Below are positions 48,515-57,749 of a DNA stretch of 64,000 nucleotides, piece after piece (positions within the stretch are counted from its first letter, which is position 1; the number at the start of each line of letters is the position of its first letter). Location: NCBI GenBank assembly GCA_946186275.1, contig CAMHMO010000001.1, forward strand, positions 139,735-203,734. Direction: 5' to 3'. The stretch is from an uncultured Verrucomicrobiota bacterium (GTDB lineage: Bacteria > Verrucomicrobiota > Verrucomicrobiia > Opitutales > UBA9783). A model generated the notes under the pieces. The model saw only the letters and a program-made list of their open reading frames with translations, searched no databases and was not told where the DNA came from. A program made the position numbers and the translations under genes.

Positions 48515-49432
48515 GTGACTTCTTCCAAACCGCTGACGCTTTATACCTTGCCGCTGACGACGGAGCAATCGGACGCCTTGGCGGATTGGTGTGAATCCCA
48601 CGGCTGGAGGTTTTATGAGGTAGCTTATGCCTCTTACGCCTATCGCGGCGAAAACGTCAATATCGTCGTCTACAAAAGCGGGAAGCTGGTAGTTCAGGGA
48701 AAACAAACGGAAGCATTTATCTTAAATGTTCTGGAGCCGAACATTACGAAAAAATTACAATTCGGCTTAGAAAAAATTGAACATCCGGAATGGTTTCGGT
48801 CACACGCGGGGCTGGATGAAAGCGGCAAAGGCGATGTATTCGGTCCGTTGGTGACGGCGTGTGTGATTGCCGATGAGGAAGCGGTCGATTTTTGGCTTAA
48901 AAATGATTTAAAGGAAAGCAAATCAATTGGCAGCGACGAGCGTTTGTTCGAAACGGAAAAGCTGGTGCGACAAACGAAGAATGTCGTCATCGAAATTGCT
49001 TTCGCGGAAATGGAGAAATACAACGCGCTTTATCGGCAATTCGGCAATTTAAACGAACTGCTTGCGTGGTTTCACGCGCAGGCGTTGCAAAATACTTTAA
49101 AACGGCGGTTAGTGTCGGAGGGGCTTTTGGATCAGTTTTGTAAGGCAAAGTTGGTGCAAAAATATCTCAAAAAGGACGGTTTTTCGGAAAATTTCACCCT
49201 GCAACAGCGCGTTCGCGCGGAGAGCGATCCAGTCGTGGCGGCAGCTTCCGTCATTGCACGCGCAACCTATGTGCGACAGTTGAAAAAACTGAGTGACGAA
49301 GCGGGTTTTACCTTGCCGAAGGGTGCCGGCGGGAATGTAAAAACGACACTTCGAAATTTAATCGAACAACGAGGGCGTGATTGTTTGTCGAAATTTTGCA
49401 AAATGCACTTTAAAACGGTGGCGGAAGTGTGA
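48515..49432 (+). CDS. rnhC: Ribonuclease HIII
   Basis: About 80-aa N-terminal substrate-binding domain, then RNase HII/HIII catalytic motif HAGLDESGKGDVFGPLV. Confidence 0.8.
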   Translation: MTSSKPLTLYTLPLTTEQSDALADWCESHGWRFYEVAYASYAYRGENVNIVVYKSGKLVVQGKQTEAFILNVLEPNITKKLQFGLEKIEHPEWFRSHAGLDESGKGDVFGPLVTACVIADEEAVDFWLKNDLKESKSIGSDERLFETEKLVRQTKNVVIEIAFAEMEKYNALYRQFGNLNELLAWFHAQALQNTLKRRLVSEGLLDQFCKAKLVQKYLKKDGFSENFTLQQRVRAESDPVVAAASVIARATYVRQLKKLSDEAGFTLPKGAGGNVKTTLRNLIEQRGRDCLSKFCKMHFKTVAEV

Positions 49433-49478
49433 ATTTAAGGTATTCCGCGATAAAATTCAGAAGCGTAGCGATTGCAGT

Positions 49479-50249
49479 TTAGGCGCAAAAAGCAGAAACA
49501 AAAATCGCTACGATCAGTATTACATTGATTTTCCAAAACAGTTTGGATTTTTCACTTTTGTCATTACTGTTCATGAAAGGATCGAGGCAGTAAAAAAGTC
49601 CGTAGCATGCATCAACAAGCACAAGACCGACAGTCAGTGAAACGGCAATTAATTTGAAAATATTCGCGTTCCAAATAGCACTCAGTGTAGCGTTTGTAAA
49701 AGAAAGTCCGCCGCTGAACACCATAATAATCGATGCAAAAATACCAAGGACAGCAACAAACTGCTTTTGAATGCCATCGGTTTTGGTTTGGAACTGCTTT
49801 TGGATGCCGTGGGTCTTGCTTTGCAAGTTCTCGTAATTTTTCTGCGACTGTTCGAGCTGTTCTTTTAAAGTCTTCGTTTTGTCTTCATTATCGAGCAACC
49901 GATCCGCAATCTCTTCTGCCGATCGCATTCTCGAATTTTCCAGACAAATATGGTCGAGCAGTTTGTTGAGTACCTTGTAAAAACCTTTGATTTCACTCAA
50001 ACGCTTTTCTTTAATTCTGCTTAAATTTGTTACGATTGTCTCAGGACCAGCTTTGTTGCTTTTTTGAATTTCCTGCAAAGCGGCTGAAATATCGGAATAA
50101 AAGTGCCTGAAGCCACCACGATAAAGTTTATCCAACCTCGACACAACCCCTTTTAATCCTTCATCATTTTTTCGTTTTGAAAGCTCAACAATAATCTCGC
50201 AAAGTTTCTTCCTTTTGGAATTCTCTTCTGTCAAGTCCATCGGTTGCAA
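49479..50249 (-). CDS. Coiled-coil protein with three C-terminal TM helices; candidate toxin/effector partner of the Panacea-domain gene
   Basis: N-terminal helical region with internal repeat T[HD]GIQKQF x2. C-terminal hydrophobic segments FVAVLGIFASIIMVFSGGL, IFKLIAVSLTVGLVLVDACYGLFYCL, INVILIVAIFVSAFCA. Starts 4 nt after the upstream gene. Confidence 0.55.
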   Translation of the reverse strand: MQPMDLTEENSKRKKLCEIIVELSKRKNDEGLKGVVSRLDKLYRGGFRHFYSDISAALQEIQKSNKAGPETIVTNLSRIKEKRLSEIKGFYKVLNKLLDHICLENSRMRSAEEIADRLLDNEDKTKTLKEQLEQSQKNYENLQSKTHGIQKQFQTKTDGIQKQFVAVLGIFASIIMVFSGGLSFTNATLSAIWNANIFKLIAVSLTVGLVLVDACYGLFYCLDPFMNSNDKSEKSKLFWKINVILIVAIFVSAFCA

Positions 50250-50253
50250 GCTT

Positions 50254-50700
50254 TTACCGCTTTTGCGGGCACTTCCTTATCATTTCAGTGGGAATTTCTT
50301 TGTAGGCTCCTCTGCCGTCATCATAAATCTTTGCCCATGCACCGCCTTCTTTGTGAGTTTCCTGAACCATTTCCCACGGATCCAAATTCCTTTTCTCCTC
50401 CACAATGCCGTCGATTAACACTTTATCTTCTTTGTCTATCGATACATTATCTGGAGCATCCAATATCCAAACGATGGTTCTACCGCCGTAAATACGGTAT
50501 TCGTCGTAGACTTTGGGGACAACCGGACCGAACTGCCAAGCTTCAATAGGCTCCGAAAATGCCTTGCGATCCTTTTCTTTTAAAAAGCACTCCTGGATAT
50601 AATATAAAATCTTCTGCAACTGCAAGTTGCTGATAGGATGATCCTCATCGATACATTTTTTCAAAACGTACCTTGCCAAATCGAATGCCGAGTATTCCAT
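50254..50700 (-). CDS. DUF4065 / Panacea (SocA-like) antitoxin-domain protein
   Basis: ISNLQLQKILYYIQECFLKEKDRKAFSEPIEAWQFGPVVPKVYDEYRIYGG matches the family core (..LQKLLYYAQ.. ..EAW.YGPVVP.VY..). Confidence 0.8.
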   Translation of the reverse strand: MEYSAFDLARYVLKKCIDEDHPISNLQLQKILYYIQECFLKEKDRKAFSEPIEAWQFGPVVPKVYDEYRIYGGRTIVWILDAPDNVSIDKEDKVLIDGIVEEKRNLDPWEMVQETHKEGGAWAKIYDDGRGAYKEIPTEMIRKCPQKR

Positions 50701-50904
50701 ACGACTTCCTGTTCGTCAATACATGCGCCAAGTACATTGGCACACCACACGTTGATACTATCACTCAGAAATGTTAGTGTCAGTATATTTTTTTTGAAAA
50801 ACAAGGCGGTAAATTTTTTGGCGGAAGAATGAAAAGTTGTTTATTACTGTGCTTCGCAGCAATATAATCGTTGCCAAAGCACACCGCATCATTTTCAGTG
50901 GGGT

Positions 50905-51273
50905 TGTTCACGGTCGATGCATTCGCTCCGCAAAACGGAGAGGAAAGTCCGGACACCGCAGAGCAGGATTCCTCGCGCAAGCGAGGGACGGGCGTCAAAG
51001 CTCGGACGGCAAGTGTCACAGAAAACAAACCGCCCGCGCAAGCGGGTAAGGGTGAAACGGCGAGGTAAGAGCTCACCGCACAAACAGCGATGTTCGTGGC
51101 AGGATAAACCCAATCCGGTGCAAGACGAAATAGGAAGTCGGGTTGCTCGCCCAAAGACTTCGGGTTCGTCGCACCCGCAAGGGCACGGTGCATTGCGATT
51201 TTTTGCGATGCGTCGCGAGATAAATGAATGCAACCTTTCAAAGGTACAGAATCCGGCTTACCGACCGTGAACA
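50905..51273 (+). ncRNA. rnpB: RNase P RNA, bacterial type A
   Basis: P1 pairing TGTTCACGGTCG (50905..) with CGACCGTGAACA (..51273). Universal blocks GAGGAAAGTCCGGAC, ACAGAAAACAAACCGCC, GGTAAGGGTGAAACGGCGAGGTAAGAGCTCACC, ACAGAATCCGGCTTA. Confidence 0.9.
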
Positions 51274-51590
51274 TTTTTCTTGTGAACATTGAAAGATTTG
51301 CAGTTTTAATGAGCACATCGATGCCGACGGGCTTTGTTTTTTATGCTGTAAGGGAAAACATACCGAAATTTGTATAAATCCCTGAAAAACTCAAAACAGA
51401 TGACATTGAAATTTCGAAAAAATTACAATTAAACAGCCAAACAACGGAGGATATTGAAATTTCACACACCCCTCTCCTGCAAAACCCGTCGGAATTTGAA
51501 AAAACACCACACCGTGTACGGTGAGTACAATGGCGTTTCAAAACCATTAAAAAAATTTACAATCCGTCCCGGACGGCGCATCCTGAAAGC

Positions 51591-52049
51591 ATGGTTTTCA
51601 ATGCAACCGAAGAGGTTTTATCCGCCATTCCGCATCGACCGCCGTTTTTGTTCGTTGATCGCGTTTTGGAAATAACGGATACGAGTATTGTCGCCGAACG
51701 AACATTGCGTACGGAAGAGGAATTTTTCAAGGGACATTACCCGCAGATGCCGATTATGCCGGGGGTATTGATGTGCGAGGCGTTGTTCCAAACGGCGGGT
51801 ATCTTGATGAGTCGTTATTTGAACGAAACCGACAAAGACGGCGGCAAAATTCCCGTTTTGGCGCGCATCGAATCGGCAAAATTCAAGCAACCGGCGTTTC
51901 CGGGCGATTGCCTGTGTTTGGAAGTTCAACTGACGGAAAAAATGAAGGAATTTTATTTCTTTAAAGGGAATGTCAAAAAGGGCGAAAAATTGCTCATTGC
52001 CCTGACGTTCATGCTTGGGATGGTACCCAAAACCTCTGTCAAACCGTAA
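51591..52049 (+). CDS. fabZ: 3-hydroxyacyl-ACP dehydratase
   Basis: IPHRPPFLFVDRVLEI, FFKGHYPQMPIMPGVLMCEALFQ. Confidence 0.9.
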   Translation: MVFNATEEVLSAIPHRPPFLFVDRVLEITDTSIVAERTLRTEEEFFKGHYPQMPIMPGVLMCEALFQTAGILMSRYLNETDKDGGKIPVLARIESAKFKQPAFPGDCLCLEVQLTEKMKEFYFFKGNVKKGEKLLIALTFMLGMVPKTSVKP

Positions 52050-52052
52050 CGT

Positions 52053-52844
52053 ATGGATTTCTTGGGTATTACGGGGAAAACCTTCCTGCTGTTCGGAGTT
52101 GCCAATAGAAAAAGCATCGCCTGGTACGTCGGGCAAACCTTGGAACAATGCGGTGCGACGGTATTGTACTCGGTGCGTTCCGAACAGCGGAAACAGCAAC
52201 TGTCGCAGTGGATTGATCCTCAAAAACTTTTCATCTGCGACGTGGAGCGGGAAGAGGAAATCGCGCGCCTCCGTTCGGACATTGAAAAACAATTCCCGAT
52301 CCTCGACGGCGTTTTACATTCGATTGCGTTTGCGAACTTTTCGGAGGGTTTTAAGCCGTTTCATGAAACCAAGAGGGCTGATTTCCTGCAGGCAACGGAA
52401 ATTTCCTGCTTTTCATTGATGGAAATTTCGAAACACTTTAAGACTTTATTGTCGAAAAACGCCTCCGTGGTGACAATGGGCATTTCGTCGCAGGTGACCG
52501 CCGTGCACTACGGTTACATGTCGCCGATTAAAGCGGCTTTGGAAAGCATGGTGCGGTTTTTGGCGAAATCGTTCAGTGCCGACAGCGAAGTGCGTTTCAA
52601 TTGTGTCGGTTCGGGACCGTTGAAAACCAGTGCCTCGGCTGGTATCCCGGGATTTTTAAAGAACTACCTTTTTGCGGAGAAATTAACGCTCCGCAAGCGC
52701 GCAATTACCACGCAGGAAGTCGCCAATGCAGCGGTTTTTCTGTTGAGCCCCGCTTCGAGCGGTATCAACGGTCAAACCCTAACGGTCAATGCCGGTATGG
52801 ATTTCAATTATTTTGACGAAGAAGTTGTTGGGAAAGCGGTCTAA
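52053..52844 (+). CDS. fabI: Enoyl-ACP reductase (NADH)
   Basis: GVANRKSIAWYVG, LDGVLHSIAFA, YGYMSPIKAALE (Y-x6-K). Colinear with E. coli FabI. Confidence 0.85.
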   Translation: MDFLGITGKTFLLFGVANRKSIAWYVGQTLEQCGATVLYSVRSEQRKQQLSQWIDPQKLFICDVEREEEIARLRSDIEKQFPILDGVLHSIAFANFSEGFKPFHETKRADFLQATEISCFSLMEISKHFKTLLSKNASVVTMGISSQVTAVHYGYMSPIKAALESMVRFLAKSFSADSEVRFNCVGSGPLKTSASAGIPGFLKNYLFAEKLTLRKRAITTQEVANAAVFLLSPASSGINGQTLTVNAGMDFNYFDEEVVGKAV

Positions 52845-53175
52845 GAACAAAGATTGCGACGTTTTTTGGGTAAAAACGGCATTTTTATCGAAGAAATCCG
52901 TAATTATGCGTGAACGTACTCCGAGGTTTTGGGTTCGGTTGAAATAAACTTGCACGTCTCTTTCTTGAACAAATCAAGTATTTGAATTGAATCCGCAGCA
53001 CATTTCTAACCATAACAAGGCTCAAAATTATATTCATTACCTTCTTATTTATTTTACCAACAGAGGCGGTTGCTGTTCCGTATCGACCTCGCAAAACGAA
53101 AAAATTTCCCGCCGACGTTTTAATTGCACAATAAAATTGAAAAAATCGCCAATTGCTCCAAAATTTTTGGTAGCA

Positions 53176-54165
53176 ATGAGTAACGAAGTCGGTAAAGAAA
53201 AGGTCGGTTCCTGCATTGTCATGGGCGCGGGTGCCTGGGGGACGGCAATGTCGGTGCATCTCGCCAAAAACGGTTTATCAACGATATTGGTGCCGTGGGA
53301 TGAAGCGGAAGCGCAGGCAATAAAGGAGCACGGCAATCGCCTGGGCGTTGAATTGCCGCAAAATATCCGCATCGATACGCACTTTGAGCGTTATCTGCAA
53401 CCGACGTCCGTTGTGTTTCTCGCCTGTCGCGTACAGGGCTTGCGAACCGCCTGCGAACGTTTAAAAACATACGAAACAAAATTAACGGATGTCATTTCCC
53501 TGATGAAAGGGTTGGATGAAGAAACGTTCCAAACACCGACGCAGATTATTCAAACATTGTTGCCGAACGTCAACGCGATGTGTTTAACGGGTCCGACAAT
53601 TGCCAAGGAATTTGCGGAAGGGAAACCCGCTGCGATGCTTTTGGCATCCCGCATCGAGCGGCGCAATCTGCAAAAAGCATTTTCGAACGAAGCTGTGCGT
53701 ATTTATTACGGCAACGATGTGACGGGGGCGGAACTCGGTGGTTCTCTGAAAAACATTTATGCCATCGGCATCGGCGTTTTGGACGGTCTGGAATTGGGGA
53801 ACAACGCGCGCGCAGCGTATTTGACGCGTGCGGTGAAAGAAATGATCGACATAGGCGTTTGCTTGGGCGGACGTCGGGAAACGTTTTACGGGCTGAGCGG
53901 TTTGGGCGATTTGTTCACGACGGCACGCGCGGGACGCAGTCACCATTTCGGGTTCGCATTCGCCCAGGGACAATCGCCCGAAACGCTTTTAAAGGAAACA
54001 ACCGTCGAAGGTTACGCGAGTATTTATCGGTTTCACGAACGTTTAAAAGAGCGCGGTATCGACACACCGATTTTGGACGGTTTGTATGCGGTGTTCTACG
54101 AACAAGCCCCGATAAAAGACATCATGCGTCGCTTTATGGCACGCCCGTTGAAGGATGAAATGTAA
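53176..54165 (+). CDS. gpsA: NAD(P)H-dependent glycerol-3-phosphate dehydrogenase
   Basis: Trimmed to MSNEVGKEKVGSCIVMGAGAWGTAM (ATG 53176). GGSLKNIYAIGIGVLDG, GDLFTT. Confidence 0.85.
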   Translation: MSNEVGKEKVGSCIVMGAGAWGTAMSVHLAKNGLSTILVPWDEAEAQAIKEHGNRLGVELPQNIRIDTHFERYLQPTSVVFLACRVQGLRTACERLKTYETKLTDVISLMKGLDEETFQTPTQIIQTLLPNVNAMCLTGPTIAKEFAEGKPAAMLLASRIERRNLQKAFSNEAVRIYYGNDVTGAELGGSLKNIYAIGIGVLDGLELGNNARAAYLTRAVKEMIDIGVCLGGRRETFYGLSGLGDLFTTARAGRSHHFGFAFAQGQSPETLLKETTVEGYASIYRFHERLKERGIDTPILDGLYAVFYEQAPIKDIMRRFMARPLKDEM

Positions 54166-54412
54166 AACCGCCTCCGCCGGCTAAAATGCTTCAAACGCTT
54201 TACGCTCACTGAAAACGGTTGTGTCGTTGTTCATTCGCAAATATCAAAGCAACATATTTCGGTTTGTTTCCACACCAGACGCCTCGGGTGTTTCCTGAAA
54301 GAATAAAATCCTTCGGATATTTTTTTAAACGGCCAGGTCGGTCGTAAGGCGGTTGCGGTTGAAAATAATAAATTGAGAAACACCTCGTTTTTCTCAGAAT
54401 GAAAACAAAGGA

Positions 54413-55096
54413 ATGTCGAATAACCGCAACGGTCATCGGCAACGCCTGCGTGAACGTTTTTTAAAGACGGGACTGCGCGGTTTTGCGGAACATGAAGTAC
54501 TGGAATTGATATTGACGCTGTGCATTCCGCGTCGGGATGTCAAAGAACTCGCAAAGGCATTATTGAAAAAGTTCGGAAGCATCCGCAACGTACTGGACGC
54601 CGATCCTGCGCAACTGAAAGCCTTCGGCGGGCTCGGAGAAGCATCGATTGTCTGTTTTTTACTTATCAAGGCGTTTTCGGAGTATTATTTGCAACAAAAG
54701 ACCGTCGAACTTCCGATTTTTACCGACAACGCGTCGTTGGTGCAATTCTGGCAATCGCGCCTGGGGGCGTTGAATTACGAAGTTTTCGAAATCGCTTATC
54801 TGGATGCCGCTTGCCGCCTGATGAAAGACGGCATCGAACGTTTGGAGGAAGGAGCGGGAGCCCGTACGAAGGTTTGTTCGGAAAAAATTTTACGGTCGGC
54901 ACTGATGCGCGGTGCCGTGAATTTCGTTTTGGCGCACAATCATCCTTCCGGCAACGCACAACCGTCGCAAACGGATCTGCAAATTACCCAAAACCTGCAT
55001 TACGCCTGCACCCTTATCAACATACGTCTTCTGGATCACATCATCATCGCGAAGGACGACGTTTACTCGTTCAGGCAGTCTGGACTTTTAGCATAG
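54413..55096 (+). CDS. radC: RadC-family JAMM-domain protein
   Basis: N-terminal HhH-like LELILTL.., JAMM motif LAHNHPSGNAQPSQTDLQITQ. Confidence 0.85.
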   Translation: MSNNRNGHRQRLRERFLKTGLRGFAEHEVLELILTLCIPRRDVKELAKALLKKFGSIRNVLDADPAQLKAFGGLGEASIVCFLLIKAFSEYYLQQKTVELPIFTDNASLVQFWQSRLGALNYEVFEIAYLDAACRLMKDGIERLEEGAGARTKVCSEKILRSALMRGAVNFVLAHNHPSGNAQPSQTDLQITQNLHYACTLINIRLLDHIIIAKDDVYSFRQSGLLA

Positions 55097-55431
55097 TTGC
55101 AACTTTCCTTGCAAACCCGTCACCTTTTTCAAAAATACACGAATTTTATCAATCGCGTCAGAGACGTTTAAAAAATCAAAATTACGAACGCACGACCGAA
55201 ACCCGTCGTTCACGAAGGGATTTTTGCGGAATGCCTGACGCTTCCGAAAGCTCCGAAGCATTCACCACTGTTTCACTCCCGATGCGTACCGAATGACCGC
55301 CGAACGAACCGACGGCATCGGAAATACGACCCAAATCCGCATTTCCCGCAACACTCCCGACATGAGCATTAAAACCGACCGACATATGTTTATTTTAGTC
55401 TTTTTTCGACACAATCGCAATTTTGTTTCCC

Positions 55432-57075
55432 TTAAACCGCCAGAGCGGCTTTTTGCCCGGCAATCGCAACGGCATCTTCCAGAGAACGCTCAAAATGTTC
55501 GTTGTGGGAAAAATCCGTCAAATGCGCCCGCGACAAACGCGCTTGTACCAAGGCATTGGCTTCGCAAAAAACCACATGCACGCCGTTGCGTTCCGATTCG
55601 CCCGTGAACGTTCGCAGGGAATCCATGGCGGTCACATCGATGAACGGCACATGTCGCAGGCGGATGATAATCGCTTTCACATCGGGATGCACCGCGGACA
55701 ACGCCGATTGGAACGCGGTAATGGCACCGAAGAAGAACGGTCCCTCGATGGAATAAATACCGACGTTTTTCGGGATGCTGACCCGCAGATGCTCGTGCCG
55801 AAGCATTTCATCGGTATCGTGTTCGATTTGCACGGTTTTCGCCATCCGTCGCATGAAAAACAGCGTTGAAAATACGACACCGATGTTCACCGCCACCACC
55901 AAATCCACCAAAATCGTCAACAGAAAGGTCATCAACAGCACAAAACGGTCGGAATTCGGCGCGGTCGTGAGAATACGACAAAAACGTTTGGCGTCGCACA
56001 TGTTATAACTGACGACGAACAGAACCGCCGACAACGCGGCAATGGGAATGGCGGACGCCAACGGTGCCAGCAATAAAATAAAGAGCACCAGCGTGATGCA
56101 ATGAATAATCCCCGCCAGCGGACAATTACCGCCGCTTTTAATGTTGGTGGCGGTACGCGCAATAGCACCCGTCGCCGCAAATCCGCCGAACATCGGCACG
56201 AAGATATTGGCAATCCCCTGCCCTATCAGCTCTTGGTTGGAACGGTGATGCGTTCCCGTCATGCTGTCGGCAACGGCGGCGGACAGCAACGATTCGATCG
56301 CTCCGAGCAACGCAATCGTAAACGCCGGACCGATCAATTCAGCTATCAAATTCCACGAGCAGGTCGGGAACCGAAACGACGGCAACGTTTGCGGGATACC
56401 GCCGAATGCGCTTCCGACGGTGGCGACGGTTTGGAAGTTAAACAGACTTTGCACAACTGTTGCAACGACGAGCGCAACCAGAAATCCAGGGATCGGCTTC
56501 AGCCGTTTATTGACAAAAAGAATGATGCCCAGACTTAAAACCGCAAGCATTGTCGTGGAACCGTCGGGCGTCGGAAGCACACGCAGGGTATGGATAATTT
56601 TTTCGCAAACATTTGCACCGACCAAAGGATCCGAAAATCCGAAAAAGTCTTTCCATTGACCGACGAAAATCGTCAACGCAATGCCCGACGTAAAGCCGAC
56701 AACGACGGGTTCGGGAATATACTTAATCATCGACCCCAGCTTCAACATGCCCATCAAAACCAGGAAAATTCCCGCCAAAAACGTTGCCAGTTGAAGACCT
56801 TCGAAGCCGTGTTCCCGAACAATGCGGCTGAGCAAAATCACAAACGCACCCGTCGGACCGGCAATCTGCACGCGCGTTCCGCCGAAAACGGATACAAAAA
56901 ATCCCGCAATAATCGCGGTATATAGACCTTTTTCGGGACTGACGCCGCTCGCAATCGCAAACGCCATCGCCAACGGCAACGCGACAATCCCGACAATGAT
57001 CCCCGGAACGATATTGGCGAGAACGTTGCTTCTCGAAAATAAATTACTCTTTATGGCTTCCCGCAGTGCAATCAT
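55432..57075 (-). CDS. SulP-family anion transporter with C-terminal STAS domain
   Basis: Trimmed to MIALREAIKSNLF (ATG 57073..57075); the listed TTG start lies inside the upstream terminator T-run. IVPGIIVGIVALPLAMAFAIASGV, STAS tail IIRLRHVPFIDVTAMDSL. Confidence 0.85.
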   Translation of the reverse strand: MIALREAIKSNLFSRSNVLANIVPGIIVGIVALPLAMAFAIASGVSPEKGLYTAIIAGFFVSVFGGTRVQIAGPTGAFVILLSRIVREHGFEGLQLATFLAGIFLVLMGMLKLGSMIKYIPEPVVVGFTSGIALTIFVGQWKDFFGFSDPLVGANVCEKIIHTLRVLPTPDGSTTMLAVLSLGIILFVNKRLKPIPGFLVALVVATVVQSLFNFQTVATVGSAFGGIPQTLPSFRFPTCSWNLIAELIGPAFTIALLGAIESLLSAAVADSMTGTHHRSNQELIGQGIANIFVPMFGGFAATGAIARTATNIKSGGNCPLAGIIHCITLVLFILLLAPLASAIPIAALSAVLFVVSYNMCDAKRFCRILTTAPNSDRFVLLMTFLLTILVDLVVAVNIGVVFSTLFFMRRMAKTVQIEHDTDEMLRHEHLRVSIPKNVGIYSIEGPFFFGAITAFQSALSAVHPDVKAIIIRLRHVPFIDVTAMDSLRTFTGESERNGVHVVFCEANALVQARLSRAHLTDFSHNEHFERSLEDAVAIAGQKAALAV

Positions 57076-57172
57076 ATTCAAAACAACACGGTTTTCTAAT
57101 GTTATGCGGGCGTTGTCAAGAATATAGGTCGGTCGAAACGACGAAGTTATGGGCTGTTTTTTGAGAAAGCGC

Positions 57173-57206
57173 AAAAAAACAGATGCGCCGCCCGTAAGGG
57201 CGGCGC
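57173..57206 (-). terminator. Rho-independent terminator after the 57258..58769 gene pair
   Basis: Minus strand: GCGCCGCCC-ttac-GGGCGGCGC then ATCTGTTTTTTT. Confidence 0.8.
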
Positions 57207-57257
57207 AAGAGTTTAGATGGTAAGGTTCTTTAATTCCTAGTCTTCTTCCTCCTCTTC

Positions 57258-57698
57258 CTATTTCTCGCCGAACGGATCTCCGTCGTCATCTGCACTAGGT
57301 TCGTCTTCCTCTATTATTATTTCGTTCTTGTCTTCCTTTTTCTCTTCGAGTTTTAACTCTCCTTCTTTTCGTGCCTTCTTTGGAGCTTTTTTCGCTTCTT
57401 CTATCATCAAAGGCCGCAATTCCCTTGGTTTCCACTTTCTTGCTTCTTTTACGGCACACAAACACTCATACGGCGTCCTGAAAGTACGCCCTTTTAATCT
57501 CCCAAAATTATAATTAAGAGCGAAACATGGTCTTGGTTTTATGAGGATAGGAGTGCCTCTCTTATATTCAACATATTCACCGTTAGGCTTCATACCTTGT
57601 CCGAACACTCTCTCCACATAAAGATCGCGAAAAGATTTCTCAGTCAACTCCCTATCCTCAGTATTTGCATTTGCCGAACTCCACTTTTCGTGAATCAT
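57258..57698 (-). CDS. Hypothetical protein with basic core and acidic tail
   Basis: 146-aa ORF in an AT-rich segment with C-terminal EEKKEDKNEIIIEEDEPSADDDGDPFGEK. No family recognised. Confidence 0.5.
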   Translation of the reverse strand: MIHEKWSSANANTEDRELTEKSFRDLYVERVFGQGMKPNGEYVEYKRGTPILIKPRPCFALNYNFGRLKGRTFRTPYECLCAVKEARKWKPRELRPLMIEEAKKAPKKARKEGELKLEEKKEDKNEIIIEEDEPSADDDGDPFGEK

Positions 57699-57749
57699 AC
57701 CCGTACGACTACTTGAGTTACAACGCTTACATCTGATATTATCATACTT

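Noticed and set aside
50780-51316. 178-aa minus-strand ORF and several other ORFs (50895..51233, 50917..51270) in this interval
   Set aside because: They overlap the RNase P RNA gene, whose conserved blocks and P1 pairing explain the sequence. The ORFs are artefacts of a GC-rich structured RNA.
54206-54442. 78-aa minus-strand ORF between gpsA and radC
   Set aside because: It overlaps the radC start and has no RBS-like context or recognisable sequence, so it is probably spurious.
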